The translations under genes and the position numbers were made by a program. A stretch of 29,267 nucleotides of DNA, taken from IMG/VR virus record IMGVR_UViG_3300037400_003880. One strand, written 5' to 3'. This document shows, piece after piece, positions 1 to 9,338 of the stretch (positions are counted from its first letter, which is position 1; each line of letters opens with the position of its first letter). Source of the DNA: a virus (lineage: Duplodnaviria > Heunggongvirae > Uroviricota > Caudoviricetes). The notes beneath the pieces are model-generated. The model saw only the letters and a list, made by a program, of their open reading frames with translations, was not told the DNA's origin and did no database searches.

Positions 1-5
1 ATCTT

Positions 6-260
6 ATGAAAACAATGTATGCACTGTCTGCGCTCTCTGCTGAAGGATTCGGCGGTAGAGATAAGTATACTAAGATTGTCGCGGCGGAGAATGAGTCAGA
101 ACTGCTCTCTCTGAAAAGAGAGTTTGCGCTGGAGTATGGCGTGGATTTGCAGATGGTTAAAGATACTCTTTGCCTTATTGAAGGTGAGAGTACGGCAACA
201 GAGCGCAGGACTTTCGATTTTCCTCTTAAAGGGAAACAGGTTTTCCCTTCGTCATGTTAA
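6..260 (+). CDS. hypothetical protein
   Basis: 84-aa ORF at window edge, followed by RBS-linked genes. Confidence 0.55.
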   Translation: MKTMYALSALSAEGFGGRDKYTKIVAAENESELLSLKREFALEYGVDLQMVKDTLCLIEGESTATERRTFDFPLKGKQVFPSSC

Positions 261-271
261 GGAGAAATAAA

Positions 272-487
272 ATGGTTATTATAAATAGTGGCGATCCAAA
301 AAAGAACGCAAATGATTTTCAATTTTCTTGTTTCAATTGCGGATGTAGATGGACGGCGGCGAGAAAAGAAGTTAAAATTTCTCCTCCCTGTTTACCTTAT
401 ATGGTTTATATGAATTGCCCGAATTGTAGAAAGATGGTAGAAGCAATGACTTATGAGGAAATTAAAAAGGAGGGCATAAATGGATAG
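272..487 (+). CDS. small Zn-ribbon protein (CxxC...CxxC)
   Basis: AAGGAG RBS before ATG 272; CFNCGC and CPNC motifs. Confidence 0.7.
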   Translation: MVIINSGDPKKNANDFQFSCFNCGCRWTAARKEVKISPPCLPYMVYMNCPNCRKMVEAMTYEEIKKEGING

Positions 488-671
488 AAACCTTGTTTGC
501 TTTGAAAATGGAAAAACTATTTTGAATGTAAATTCAATTGCAATGGTTTTTCCCAGTGATGACGATCCTGAAGTTACTTGCGTTAATTGTATCGGTCTTC
601 AAAGAACTTTTTATATCAAAGAAAAATATGAAGATGTTAAAAATAAGCTTGATAAATGGTTGGAGGTTTAA
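480..671 (+). CDS. hypothetical protein
   Basis: GGAGGG RBS; overlaps upstream gene. Confidence 0.65.
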   Translation: MDRNLVCFENGKTILNVNSIAMVFPSDDDPEVTCVNCIGLQRTFYIKEKYEDVKNKLDKWLEV

Positions 672-672
672 T

Positions 673-963
673 ATGAAAATTACTGTTTATACACTTGAGG
701 ACTTTCGTGACGACTATGAGCATGGAGTGATTGGAGTTTATAGCTCCTTTGAGAAAGCAAAGGAAGGGCTTATCAGCGTATTGAAAGAATCAGTCATGTC
801 TTGTCAAGATGAGCTTGATGAATGCGAAGATGATGAATATGCAGAGGAGCTTCGTGATTCTATCGCTGAACTTAAAGAAGACATTAAAGACGCAGAGCTA
901 TTAGTGCCAACTTCTTACTATGCTTGTAATCAGCTATACATTACTGAGCATTCTATTGATTAA
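673..963 (+). CDS. acidic hypothetical protein
   Basis: GGAGGT RBS before ATG 673 (ORF-track start 538 is too long). Confidence 0.7.
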   Translation: MKITVYTLEDFRDDYEHGVIGVYSSFEKAKEGLISVLKESVMSCQDELDECEDDEYAEELRDSIAELKEDIKDAELLVPTSYYACNQLYITEHSID

Positions 964-973
964 GGAGGATTAA

Positions 974-1246
974 ATGGTAACTTTTAAAGAGCTAATTGAT
1001 GGACTTACCGCGATTCTTAAAGAACATCCAGAACTTGCAGATAGAGAAGTCTCTCACGCATCTGAATGTGGATATTCTGCCGCTGGTTTTGAATCTCCTG
1101 TATCTGTAGCTATCCCTGTTTTCACGCAGGAGTTTAAAGATTCTGACCCCTATGTCAGAATTGTTTCCAATGATGACGGATACCGAACTAATAGGGCGAT
1201 TGCGAATTGGGAATTTATTTCCTCGGAGGAGAAGCAAGTAGATTAG
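974..1246 (+). CDS. hypothetical protein (extends to TGA 1285 if TAG is sense)
   Basis: AAGGAGG RBS; ends on TAG. Confidence 0.7.
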   Translation: MVTFKELIDGLTAILKEHPELADREVSHASECGYSAAGFESPVSVAIPVFTQEFKDSDPYVRIVSNDDGYRTNRAIANWEFISSEEKQVD

Positions 1247-1297
1247 GATCCTTTAAGTAATTTAAGAATAAATTTCAATTTTTGAAGCTAAAATGAT

Positions 1298-1326
1298 TTG
1301 ACTTTTTCTATAATTTTTGTTATAAT
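1298..1326 (+). promoter_or_regulatory. sigmaA-type early promoter
   Basis: TTGACT-N17-TATAAT with TG. Confidence 0.85.
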
Positions 1327-1358
1327 TGTTATAGAAAATGAGAAAAGGAGAAAGCCAA

Positions 1359-1550
1359 ATGGAGTTTGAATGTGCTTTTTGTAAGAAGAAGTTCATTTAT
1401 GATGAACCAGTTGACATAAACTATGAGCTTAAGTATAAATATCACGTTTGTCCAGACTGTTATTTAACTCTAATAATGGTTGTTAAAGAAGGTCAGTGTG
1501 ACAGTGCTATCTGTCGCCGGGCTTCAAAAATCTTTTTTCAGGATAAGTGA
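1359..1550 (+). CDS. small Cys-rich protein (CAFC...CPDC)
   Basis: AAGGAG RBS; first gene after promoter. Confidence 0.65.
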   Translation: MEFECAFCKKKFIYDEPVDINYELKYKYHVCPDCYLTLIMVVKEGQCDSAICRRASKIFFQDK

Positions 1551-1561
1551 GGAGTGATTTA

Positions 1562-2689
1562 ATGTTAGAAATTCAGAAGTTCATTCATGCTCATGACAAC
1601 TGGCGGGAGCTTTTGGCTGACGCGCCTTATAACTTGAAGATTTCTGAAGACGACGGTTATGTTCTCTTCAAGTATAATCAGATCAACTCTGACTTCACCG
1701 AGAAGATTTGTCGAGAGGCTCGTGGTCTTATCCTCGATTCCACTAACAACTTCAGCGTTGTAAGACTTGCCTTCGAGAAGTTTTTCAACCTTGATGAACA
1801 GTATGCAGTTCATATCGACTGGGATACTGCGGTCGCAACCGAGAAGATTGATGGCTCCATTATGTCTGTTTGGTATGCCCGCGGCAAGTGGCATTTAAGT
1901 ACAAATGGGACAATTGACGCATTCAAGGCAGAGCTCGGCGGCATCGGCCCGTACAAGACTTTCGGGGAACTCTTTGAGTCTGTATTGCCGCTGTCTACTT
2001 TCGAGAACTACAACAAGCATCGTTGCTGGACTTTTGAACTGGTATCTCCTTATAACAAGGTAGTTATCAACTATCCTGAGACTAAGGTATATCTCCTCTC
2101 TATTCGTGATATGTATTCTCTTGAAGAGCTCGACCTTGAAGCAGTAGAAATGATTGCAGATACTAACGGGATTACTGTACCTAAGCGTTATGACCTTAAC
2201 AACGAAGCTGACTACCGTCAGTTGGTTGAGCAGATGCCCGAAGGTCACGAAGGTATTGTTGTTAGAGATGCAATGGGACGGCGTGTGAAGATTAAGACTC
2301 TCCTTTACTTTCAAATGCATAAGGCTAAGAACAACGGAGTAATCACTTTGGAACGTATCGTTGATTTAATCAGAGCAAATGACCACTATGAGTTCCTCTC
2401 TTACTTCCCTGAGTATCAGTCTATTTTTGATAACATTGCTGAACAAATGACTGTTGCAAACCATCGAGTAACTGCAATCAAGGGGGTAGTAGAAAGATGG
2501 AAGATGGAGCATCAGTTTGTAGGTGACGTGCGTGCGCAGCGCAAGTATTTTGCTCAATATGTAAGGAAGGAAAACTTCGCGCCATTATTATTTGCAGAAT
2601 ATGATGGGAGACTTGACACTTTGCTTCAAAATATTACTACTCCTAAGTATATTTCGTTGTTTCATATTGTTTTACCGGAGGTTAGATAA
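1562..2689 (+). CDS. rnlA: T4 Rnl1-like ATP-dependent RNA ligase
   Basis: Nucleotidyltransferase motifs: ATEKIDGS (I), TFELVSPYN (III), EGIVV (IV), RVKIKT (V); LFKY, CREARGLILD and KFFN near the N-terminus. Confidence 0.9.
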   Translation: MLEIQKFIHAHDNWRELLADAPYNLKISEDDGYVLFKYNQINSDFTEKICREARGLILDSTNNFSVVRLAFEKFFNLDEQYAVHIDWDTAVATEKIDGSIMSVWYARGKWHLSTNGTIDAFKAELGGIGPYKTFGELFESVLPLSTFENYNKHRCWTFELVSPYNKVVINYPETKVYLLSIRDMYSLEELDLEAVEMIADTNGITVPKRYDLNNEADYRQLVEQMPEGHEGIVVRDAMGRRVKIKTLLYFQMHKAKNNGVITLERIVDLIRANDHYEFLSYFPEYQSIFDNIAEQMTVANHRVTAIKGVVERWKMEHQFVGDVRAQRKYFAQYVRKENFAPLLFAEYDGRLDTLLQNITTPKYISLFHIVLPEVR

Positions 2690-2988
2690 TGGGATAGGAA
2701 ATTAGAAATCTATTAGAATCAGCTTCTTCAGTCATGTGGGAGCTGGTTCTGTGTCATCATAACAGGTATGACTTATTTAATAACTCAAAAGATGTTCTTC
2801 TCATGGAAGAATTAATAGATATTTTTCGTCATTATGAAATTGAGCAATATAAAGTTACTTTGGTTCCTTTTCAATATAATGAAATTTCACCTTATGTAAG
2901 CGTAATTGGAAATGTTTCTTGGGTTGATAAGAAAGGACAGCTCAAAGCTATTCATGGTTATAATATGGGGATTCATATAATTAATTGA
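2689..2988 (+). CDS. hypothetical protein with in-frame TAG at codon 3
   Basis: GGAGGT RBS; ATG overlaps the ligase stop (TAATG); ATG GGA TAG GAA... is in frame with ORF 2734..2988. Confidence 0.6.
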
Positions 2989-3013
2989 CTTTTCTGAAAA
3001 AATATGTTATAAT
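2985..3013 (+). promoter_or_regulatory. sigmaA-type promoter
   Basis: TTGACT-N17-TATAAT. Confidence 0.85.
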
Positions 3014-3046
3014 ATTTATAGAAAACAGAAAAGGAGTTATCTAATA

Positions 3047-3802
3047 ATGACCTATTCTAAAGAAGAAATTTTATCTATTGTCAGAGATTTTCTCGGAGAT
3101 AATCCTACTGGAGTGTATGCGCCCAGTTTGGATTATGAATATGGCATTTCTGATTTGCCCGCAGCGAGTCAGCTGAATGTTGATGGAGTATGGACTATTG
3201 AGGAAGTCAATGGATTCAGCATTTATCGCGGTGCAACAAAGGTGGTAATTGTTCCGTATAAGAGTGATTATGTCATCAAACTTAATATTACAGGTACATA
3301 CCTTACTGAAGATGAGTGCAAAGAGGTAGGGTTTGAATATCCATACATTGATCGTGTTTCTAAGCAGGATATCCTCGATGAAGAGATAGCTCTTTATGAG
3401 AATGTCGGCGATGAACTCAAAGCTTTCATTAAGCCGAATATCTTTGTTGGGGTATATAATGGTATTCCAGTATATATTCAAGAGAAAGTGTTTACAACAT
3501 ATGAGTATACTGAATGGACTATCAGTCAAAAATTTTGTCAACAGACACAGCGTCATAAGCAGTTGACGAGCAAACTTGCTGAAAAGACCATTCCTGCGGG
3601 ATGGCGCTCAAAAATCTTCCCCGAGGCTTTTATCTCCGATATGATTCTTGCATATGGAGTAGTATATGCTTGGAAAATTCTTACACAAATTTCTGAAGCA
3701 GGTATTTCTGATTTGAATTATGGTAACTTCGGATACGATAAGAATGGATTACCATGTCTTATTGATATTGGAGATTTCTGTGAAGAGGAGTTCTTTTGTT
3801 AG
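3047..3802 (+). CDS. protein kinase-like fold protein (to TAA 3853 if TAG is sense)
   Basis: RGATKVV, YVIKL, catalytic-loop-like SDLNYGN, LIDIG; paralog of 14843..15601. Confidence 0.65.
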   Translation: MTYSKEEILSIVRDFLGDNPTGVYAPSLDYEYGISDLPAASQLNVDGVWTIEEVNGFSIYRGATKVVIVPYKSDYVIKLNITGTYLTEDECKEVGFEYPYIDRVSKQDILDEEIALYENVGDELKAFIKPNIFVGVYNGIPVYIQEKVFTTYEYTEWTISQKFCQQTQRHKQLTSKLAEKTIPAGWRSKIFPEAFISDMILAYGVVYAWKILTQISEAGISDLNYGNFGYDKNGLPCLIDIGDFCEEEFFC

Positions 3803-3841
3803 GACGTTCATTTTTATGACACAGACTGGACAGTCAATAAT

Positions 3842-3870
3842 TTGACTTTCTAAAAGAAATATGATATAAT
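3842..3870 (+). promoter_or_regulatory. sigmaA-type promoter
   Basis: TTGACT-N17-TATAAT. Confidence 0.85.
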
Positions 3871-3898
3871 ATTTATATAATAAAGGAGGGCAATACAA

Positions 3899-4024
3899 AT
3901 GGTTGATGGTTTTGCAATGTATGTGCAGGTTGAAGAACTTTATGATGAAGATGTATATCAGGCTCGTCTTGACTATGAAGATGGCTCTCTGGAAAATAAA
4001 GATGGAGGTTTGAGTATGACTTAA
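3899..4024 (+). CDS. 41-aa acidic peptide
   Basis: AAAGGAGG RBS after promoter; MVDGFAMYVQVEELYDEDVY... Confidence 0.6.
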   Translation: MVDGFAMYVQVEELYDEDVYQARLDYEDGSLENKDGGLSMT

Positions 4025-4194
4025 TGGGTAAGGAGAGGGAAAATCGTTCTTATAATAAAGAGGATATTAAGAACAGGCGTGATAAGAATAACGCCAAACG
4101 TAGGGAAAAGCGTGAGCGTTCACAACCTGAAAGTAAGAATGATTACAGAAGAAGAAAATAGCATGACAGAGAAGAATCCCAATGGGAATTTTAA
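4024..4194 (+). CDS. basic small protein with in-frame TAG (4159-4161)
   Basis: TAATG coupling; MGKERENRSY...RRRK*HDREESQWEF then TAA just before the next RBS. Confidence 0.55.
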
Positions 4195-4214
4195 TTAAAA
4201 AGGAGAATTATATA

Positions 4215-4535
4215 ATGGCAAAACAGGTATTTAAATGGGGACAGTGGAATGAGCTTGCGAAGGCAGTGGGTGTAAATATGCCCAAGCCGCAAGAGACCAA
4301 TAAGGCTAAGTTTAAGGTTCAGCAGGAGAAGTTTGCACGCTGCCGTAAGTGCGGTGGTCAGATGCATTATCTCAAGGGAACCAATGTTCTTATTTGTGAA
4401 AATGATATCGAGGTTGAAAAGACTTTCGAGAATGAAGATGGTACAACTACTGTTAAGACAGTAAAGCAGACTTGTGGTAATATCAATCTTGTTGATAAGG
4501 AATACCAGTCTTATGCCCGTTTTCTGTTTGAATAA
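4215..4535 (+). CDS. Zn-ribbon protein
   Basis: AAGGAG RBS; CRKCGG...ICEN...TCGN. Confidence 0.7.
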   Translation: MAKQVFKWGQWNELAKAVGVNMPKPQETNKAKFKVQQEKFARCRKCGGQMHYLKGTNVLICENDIEVEKTFENEDGTTTVKTVKQTCGNINLVDKEYQSYARFLFE

Positions 4536-4553
4536 TTAAGGAGGAGTTAAGTA

Positions 4554-5114
4554 ATGAATAATTATAAGTGTCCGTTTTGTGGTAAGACTTATACCAGCCC
4601 TGTTGCAATGGGTGACTGTGCTCAGCGCTGTAGCATTCGTGTAGCTAAAGAACAGGCTGATCAGGAGGCTATTCGTGCAGCTCGGAAGGAAATTGATACA
4701 GCATACAAGCTTTTGCAGGATGCAATTAATACTTATCGTAAGGCAGGTGGCGAAGATAACATTCAGGTTCATATGACTATTTCTGATAAGATTGTTGGAG
4801 ATGGGTTGGATATTTCTCTAAAGCCTAAGCAGGAGAATATTTCTTTCTCTAAGACAGACGTGCCTAATAAGGCGGCATTTAATCCTTTCGCAAAGGCGAA
4901 GAATCAGAACTTTGAGTCCTTCCTGAAGGATACTCTTGATATTAAGGAACCTATGCTTTCTAAGTGCAGAGAGAAGACTTCTGAAGAGGAAGAGCTTCAG
5001 AAGGCTATCAAGGAGACAGAAGATGCATACAATAAGATGTCTCCGCAGGAGCGTCAGCTTGCAGATGCAATTTTGTCCGCTATTGCTGAATCTCTTATGA
5101 GAGAGGTTCTGTAA
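4554..5114 (+). CDS. hypothetical protein, N-terminal C2H2/C4-like Zn finger
   Basis: AAGGAGGAG RBS; YKCPFCGKTY...CAQRC. Confidence 0.7.
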   Translation: MNNYKCPFCGKTYTSPVAMGDCAQRCSIRVAKEQADQEAIRAARKEIDTAYKLLQDAINTYRKAGGEDNIQVHMTISDKIVGDGLDISLKPKQENISFSKTDVPNKAAFNPFAKAKNQNFESFLKDTLDIKEPMLSKCREKTSEEEELQKAIKETEDAYNKMSPQERQLADAILSAIAESLMREVL

Positions 5115-5116
5115 TT

Positions 5117-5545
5117 ATGATGAAGCTGAAGAATTCTTACGAGTTTGATTTCTATGGCACGGATGGCGGTGATACCGTCGTCTGCGTTGCCACAGTGTTG
5201 CGTTTTGATGGGAGAATCCATCGTGCGTTTGACCTTGCTGAAAGGGCAGGGACATATGGTAATGGAAGTTTTTGGGCGCGGCAGAAGTTCTCTTTACCAA
5301 AGAAGAAGTTCGTAGGTAAGTGCGTACTGAAAGAGAATGATACAAATGATATTGAAACAGCAAAATTCATTGCTCGCGCGAAAGCACTAAGACAGGCTAA
5401 TGCGGAAATGGCAAACTTCCTTCGCGGCGTTGAAAAGAAGGTTATGACAAGTCTGGATTTAATTCAGACTCTTGAGGATGATACCAGAGATCGTTCAGAA
5501 GGATACGACATCGCGATTAAGGAAAGAATTGGCAAGAAAAAGTAA
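5117..5545 (+). CDS. hypothetical protein
   Basis: 142-aa ORF coupled to upstream gene. Confidence 0.7.
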   Translation: MMKLKNSYEFDFYGTDGGDTVVCVATVLRFDGRIHRAFDLAERAGTYGNGSFWARQKFSLPKKKFVGKCVLKENDTNDIETAKFIARAKALRQANAEMANFLRGVEKKVMTSLDLIQTLEDDTRDRSEGYDIAIKERIGKKK

Positions 5546-5551
5546 TTCAAG

Positions 5552-5581
5552 AAAAGTCAAGCAATAAAATGCTTGACTTTT
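5552..5581. repeat. 12-bp inverted repeat enclosing a -35 element
   Basis: AAAAGTCAAGCA-ataaaa-TGCTTGACTTTT. Confidence 0.7.
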
Positions 5582-5601
5582 TTTATATATTATGATATAA
5601 T
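5573..5601 (+). promoter_or_regulatory. sigmaA-type promoter for the BrxL-like gene
   Basis: TTGACT-N17-TATAAT. Confidence 0.85.
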
Positions 5602-5652
5602 ATATTGTAAGATAAAAAAGAAAGCACTAATTCAAAGAAAGGAATAAGCCCG

Positions 5653-7074
5653 ATGAACAAAGTAAAGAAGTATTTTCCTGAAGCCGCTCTGAATAAGAAC
5701 AAGAACTCCGCAGCTCTTCTTACTTTTCTTGAGCTGCCGGCAGAAGTAAAAAGCTGGATTCTGATGAAGTTCACCGATGAAAAAGGAAGAGTAAATGCCT
5801 ATGGAATTTCTGAATATGTAAAGAGCTATCGTTTGCGTGCAGACGAGTGGAATATTCGCTTGCTTGAGGCTCGCCACTCAAAGAAGGGGACTATTACGCT
5901 TCTTACTAAAGTAAAGATTGAATTTGATTATGCAAATGACCTTATTTGTTTCTCTTTGCCGGAGTATGGATTCCCGAAAAAGCAAAAGGAGGCGCAAGTA
6001 GATTGGAGCGTTGTTTCTGAACAGAAGAAATATCTGTTGACTCCTGATGCAGCTTGGGGAGAAATCACCCTGATGTATGATTGCGGAGTAATTACTATGG
6101 TAAACTTTACTCCTCTTTGTCCTTATACTTTTGATTTGGGCAAGTATAGAGAGGGGCGCAAGAATTTCTCTACTCAAGAGTGGATTGACCTTTTATTGGG
6201 GGCATTGAATTTTAATCCAGAGGGGTTCGAGACTGTAGATCAGAAGCTGACAATCTTGCAGCGGTTCCTTCCTTTCGTGGAAAAGCGTCTTAACACCATT
6301 GAACTTGCAACAAAGGGCACTGGTAAATCCTACTGCTACTCCCAGCTCTCCCCGAAGACTTGGTGTGTGAGCGGCGGCACAGTGACTCGTGCAACAGCTT
6401 TCTACGATATGACTCGTAAGAAAGTAGGCTACTTCGGTCAGTATTCTCAGGTTATTTTTGATGAAGTTCAGACTATTAAGTTCCCGAATCCTGAAGAGAT
6501 TGGAGGTGCACTTAAGTCTTATCTGGAAAGCGGTGAAATTCGTTGTGGCTCTTTCGAGGGAATGTCAGACTCTGGACTTACCCTCGTTGGTAATATCCCA
6601 GTTGGTTCAATGGATACTAAGTCTTCCAATATGTTTAAGACTCTGCCGAAGATTTTCCATGAGTCCGCGCTTATTGATCGCTTTCATGGAATTATCGAAG
6701 GGTGGAAGATTCCTCGTATGAATGAAGATTTGAAGATGGAAGGATGGACACTTTCTACAGATTATGTGGTAAATATGTTTGACCAGCTTCGTGACGAGTT
6801 CTATTATCGAGCAATCGTTGATGAACTTATTGTGACCGAGGGGAAAGCTGATACTCGTAATCTTGAAGCGGTGAAAAGACTGGCAACAGGTTTCCTGAAG
6901 CTGCTCTTTCCTCACGTCACATCTTGTAAGGATATTGATGTTGCAGACTTCCGAGATTATTGTCTTGAGCCGGCGATGAAGATGCGCGGGGCTGTGCTCT
7001 CTCAGCTTCAGCAGCTTGATACAGAGTACGCAGATAAGACTATGCCGACAGTCCACATTTTGGAGGAGGAATAA
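5653..7074 (+). CDS. brxL: BrxL-like AAA+ ATPase lacking the C-terminal Lon protease domain
   Basis: EWIDLLL, LPFVE..NTIELATKGTGKSY (Walker A), VIFDEV (Walker B), LVGNI, SALIDRFHGIIEGWKIP, RNLEAVKRLATGFLKLLFP. Confidence 0.8.
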   Translation: MNKVKKYFPEAALNKNKNSAALLTFLELPAEVKSWILMKFTDEKGRVNAYGISEYVKSYRLRADEWNIRLLEARHSKKGTITLLTKVKIEFDYANDLICFSLPEYGFPKKQKEAQVDWSVVSEQKKYLLTPDAAWGEITLMYDCGVITMVNFTPLCPYTFDLGKYREGRKNFSTQEWIDLLLGALNFNPEGFETVDQKLTILQRFLPFVEKRLNTIELATKGTGKSYCYSQLSPKTWCVSGGTVTRATAFYDMTRKKVGYFGQYSQVIFDEVQTIKFPNPEEIGGALKSYLESGEIRCGSFEGMSDSGLTLVGNIPVGSMDTKSSNMFKTLPKIFHESALIDRFHGIIEGWKIPRMNEDLKMEGWTLSTDYVVNMFDQLRDEFYYRAIVDELIVTEGKADTRNLEAVKRLATGFLKLLFPHVTSCKDIDVADFRDYCLEPAMKMRGAVLSQLQQLDTEYADKTMPTVHILEEE

Positions 7075-7075
7075 T

Positions 7076-7354
7076 ATGTACATTGTAAAATACGGGAAGT
7101 ATGACGATGTAAGAAGGAAAAAGGTAAAGTGTCCCACGTGCAAAACTGTGTATATTCTGGAAGGGGAGGATTACTCTTTTTGTAATGAAGAGTATTACAA
7201 GACCTTCGACTGGCACGGGATGTGTTATAAGAGCATCTACATTGGCGACTGGATCAGCTGGAAGTGTCCTTATTGCAATACTACATATTATACTTTAATC
7301 AAGAAGAAGGGCGCATGGCTTAAGAAGCTGTGGTACAAAATTAAAGGTTTCTAA
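7076..7354 (+). CDS. Zn-ribbon protein (CPTC...CPYC)
   Basis: GGAGGAGG RBS before ATG 7076. Confidence 0.7.
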   Translation: MYIVKYGKYDDVRRKKVKCPTCKTVYILEGEDYSFCNEEYYKTFDWHGMCYKSIYIGDWISWKCPYCNTTYYTLIKKKGAWLKKLWYKIKGF

Positions 7355-7367
7355 AGGAGGAGATAGA

Positions 7368-7490
7368 ATGTTAGTTGTGGTAATTGCAGTTCTTGCAGGA
7401 ATTGGGTTCATTCTTACTGGTGTGATGTGGGCGCTGTGCGTGGCGGCGAGTGACAGTGATGATGAAATGCATCGAGATGACCTCGACTAA
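7368..7490 (+). CDS. 40-aa single-pass membrane peptide
   Basis: AAAGGAGG RBS; MLVVVIAVLAGIGFILTGVMWALCVAA hydrophobic run. Confidence 0.6.
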   Translation: MLVVVIAVLAGIGFILTGVMWALCVAASDSDDEMHRDDLD

Positions 7491-7759
7491 TGCTGTATGA
7501 AGTTTTACTAAACACCCCATATACAAGAGGGAGAAGGGTTGTGAATTCTCCCTCTTTGCAGCTCACGAAAGAATGGGCACTTTCACAGCTCACAGACTTT
7601 CTGGAAGAAAATGAAGAGGAAGTCTTTGAAGAATTTTTATCTGGAGAAATGCAAGAAGATTTTTATGATTCAGCGCTGTATGATTGGTATGTTGAATCTT
7701 CCGACTATGAGATCCGTCCCTATCCAGAGGACGAATTGGATGAAGATGATGAAGTTTAG
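7490..7759 (+). CDS. acidic hypothetical protein (to TGA 7786 if TAG is sense)
   Basis: TAATG coupling; ends on TAG. Confidence 0.65.
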   Translation: MLYEVLLNTPYTRGRRVVNSPSLQLTKEWALSQLTDFLEENEEEVFEEFLSGEMQEDFYDSALYDWYVESSDYEIRPYPEDELDEDDEV

Positions 7760-7782
7760 GACATAACAAATCAGAAAAATAA

Positions 7783-7811
7783 TTGACTTTTCTGGAAAAA
7801 TATGATATAAT
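7783..7811 (+). promoter_or_regulatory. sigmaA-type promoter
   Basis: TTGACT-N17-TATAAT. Confidence 0.85.
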
Positions 7812-7864
7812 ATATATGTAAGATAAAGAAAAGAGCCAAAGCCAACTGAATAAGGAGGAGCTTT

Positions 7865-8005
7865 ATGGGTATGATGATGAAGGTTTTTAAGTCCAAGGCA
7901 CAGGCAGAGAAGTACATCGCAGAGCAGGGCGGCAAGGTGCAGGTCATCTATCAGTGGGATGATATGCGTCAGACCATCGTCAAGACTTATGTCGTAAAGT
8001 TTTAA
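7865..8005 (+). CDS. 46-aa hypothetical protein
   Basis: AAGGAGGAG RBS; MGMMMKVFKSKAQAEKYIAEQGGKV... Confidence 0.6.
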   Translation: MGMMMKVFKSKAQAEKYIAEQGGKVQVIYQWDDMRQTIVKTYVVKF

Positions 8006-8018
8006 GGAGGTATATAGA

Positions 8019-8366
8019 ATGATTTTGGCAAGATATATTTATCATGGAGATATTATGGAGGATCCTATCGAATACTCCTGTGCAGAGGATTTTCTATCAG
8101 ACCTGCTGGAGGATGAAGATATTATTGATTTTCTTAATGAGGCATACGAGGGAATTGATATTCCTTGCGTTGGTACAAAGCCGGCGGGAGATGTCATTTT
8201 TCAGATGTTGAATGGAGATCGCGGCGACCGTCCAAAATGGGACGCTGTCTATGACGATGTACTTCAATCGGAAGTAGAATATGTTGAAGATGAATTGGCG
8301 GCAAATGGTAAAATGATTTATCGTGATTATGAGCTGACTGATACAGACTTTTCCGAGGAGGAGTAA
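8019..8366 (+). CDS. acidic hypothetical protein
   Basis: AAGGAGGT RBS. Confidence 0.7.
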   Translation: MILARYIYHGDIMEDPIEYSCAEDFLSDLLEDEDIIDFLNEAYEGIDIPCVGTKPAGDVIFQMLNGDRGDRPKWDAVYDDVLQSEVEYVEDELAANGKMIYRDYELTDTDFSEEE

Positions 8367-8382
8367 TATCCTCCTCTCCAAT

Positions 8383-8732
8383 GGGGGCGTAATGGTTTCG
8401 ACCGGCGTTTGACCTCTTTATTAGCGAGTAGCTGGCACAGCTTAAAGTGCAACTTAAACATAAACGTAGATTATTCTATAGCTGCCTGAGCTTAAAACAG
8501 TATTGCGCATAGGGAAAACTGTAGCTGACGTAGAAGTACCCGTACTACGCATAATATTCGTCAGAAAGGAAATGAGAAGTGACGCAGCTCATGGGTATCG
8601 TAAGCCGTCTACAGCAACGCCATTTGTTTGTTAGTTGTCATGGTCTTGCCGAAGTTTTACAATTAACTACACTCGTAGAAGGTAAAGAACGAAGATGTCG
8701 GGACAGCAGTTCAATTCTGCTCGCCTCCACCA
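8383..8732 (+). ncRNA. ssrA: tmRNA
   Basis: 5' GGGGGCGTAATGGTTTCGAC; 3' T-arm GCAG-TTCAATT-CTGC and CGCCTCCACCA; G3:U70 pair; tag frame ...GTA GAT TAT TCT ATA GCT GCC TGA (VDYSIAA). Confidence 0.93.
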
Positions 8733-8759
8733 TATAGACTAATAGGAGGACATAATATA

Positions 8760-9287
8760 ATGGAACTGAAAATCTTACCGCAAGAGTATTCGTCAAAGGA
8801 AACGTGTCATAATCATTGGTAGCTTCCTCAGCTTTTTAAGCTCGCTACCTTTGAAGAAGGTACTACTTGCGTTGACTATGGTGGCGGAGCATTCGATACT
8901 TCCGTAAAATTTCTTGAAGAAAAAGGTGTCATGGCTAAGGTGTACGATCCCTACAATCGAGGGGCGGCGCACAATGAAGCGGTGCTATCTTGGGTTGAAG
9001 ATAATGGCGGAGTAGACTATGTGACCAGCTCAAACGTTTTGAATGTAATTAAGGAAGAAGAAGTTAGACTTAATGTACTGCATAATATGTCGCTTATAGC
9101 GAAGCCTAACGCAACTATTTACTTCGTAACTTACGAAGGGAATCGCTCCGGAATCGGGGCTTATAGTGGAAAAGGATGGCAGAATCATCGCAGGACAGCA
9201 GAATATTTAAGCGAGATTAAAGAAGTTTTCCCCGATGCTGTGAAGAAAGGCTCACTTATTATAGCGCATAATCAAAAAAATAATTGA
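8760..9287 (+). CDS. class I SAM-dependent methyltransferase with in-frame TAG (8820-8822)
   Basis: AGGAGG RBS before ATG 8760; motif I VDYGGG, VYDPYN, SNVLNVI; the ORF-track start at 8931 omits motif I. Confidence 0.8.
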
Positions 9288-9312
9288 CTTTTTTAGAAAA
9301 ATGTGATATAAT
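9284..9312 (+). promoter_or_regulatory. sigmaA-type promoter
   Basis: TTGACT-N17-TATAAT; the TGA in -35 is the upstream stop codon. Confidence 0.85.
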
Positions 9313-9338
9313 TATTATAGAAAGTGAGGGAAAAAGAC

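Noticed and set aside
5653-7074. Complete BREX defence island
   Set aside because: No brxABC, pglX or pglZ in the neighbourhood.
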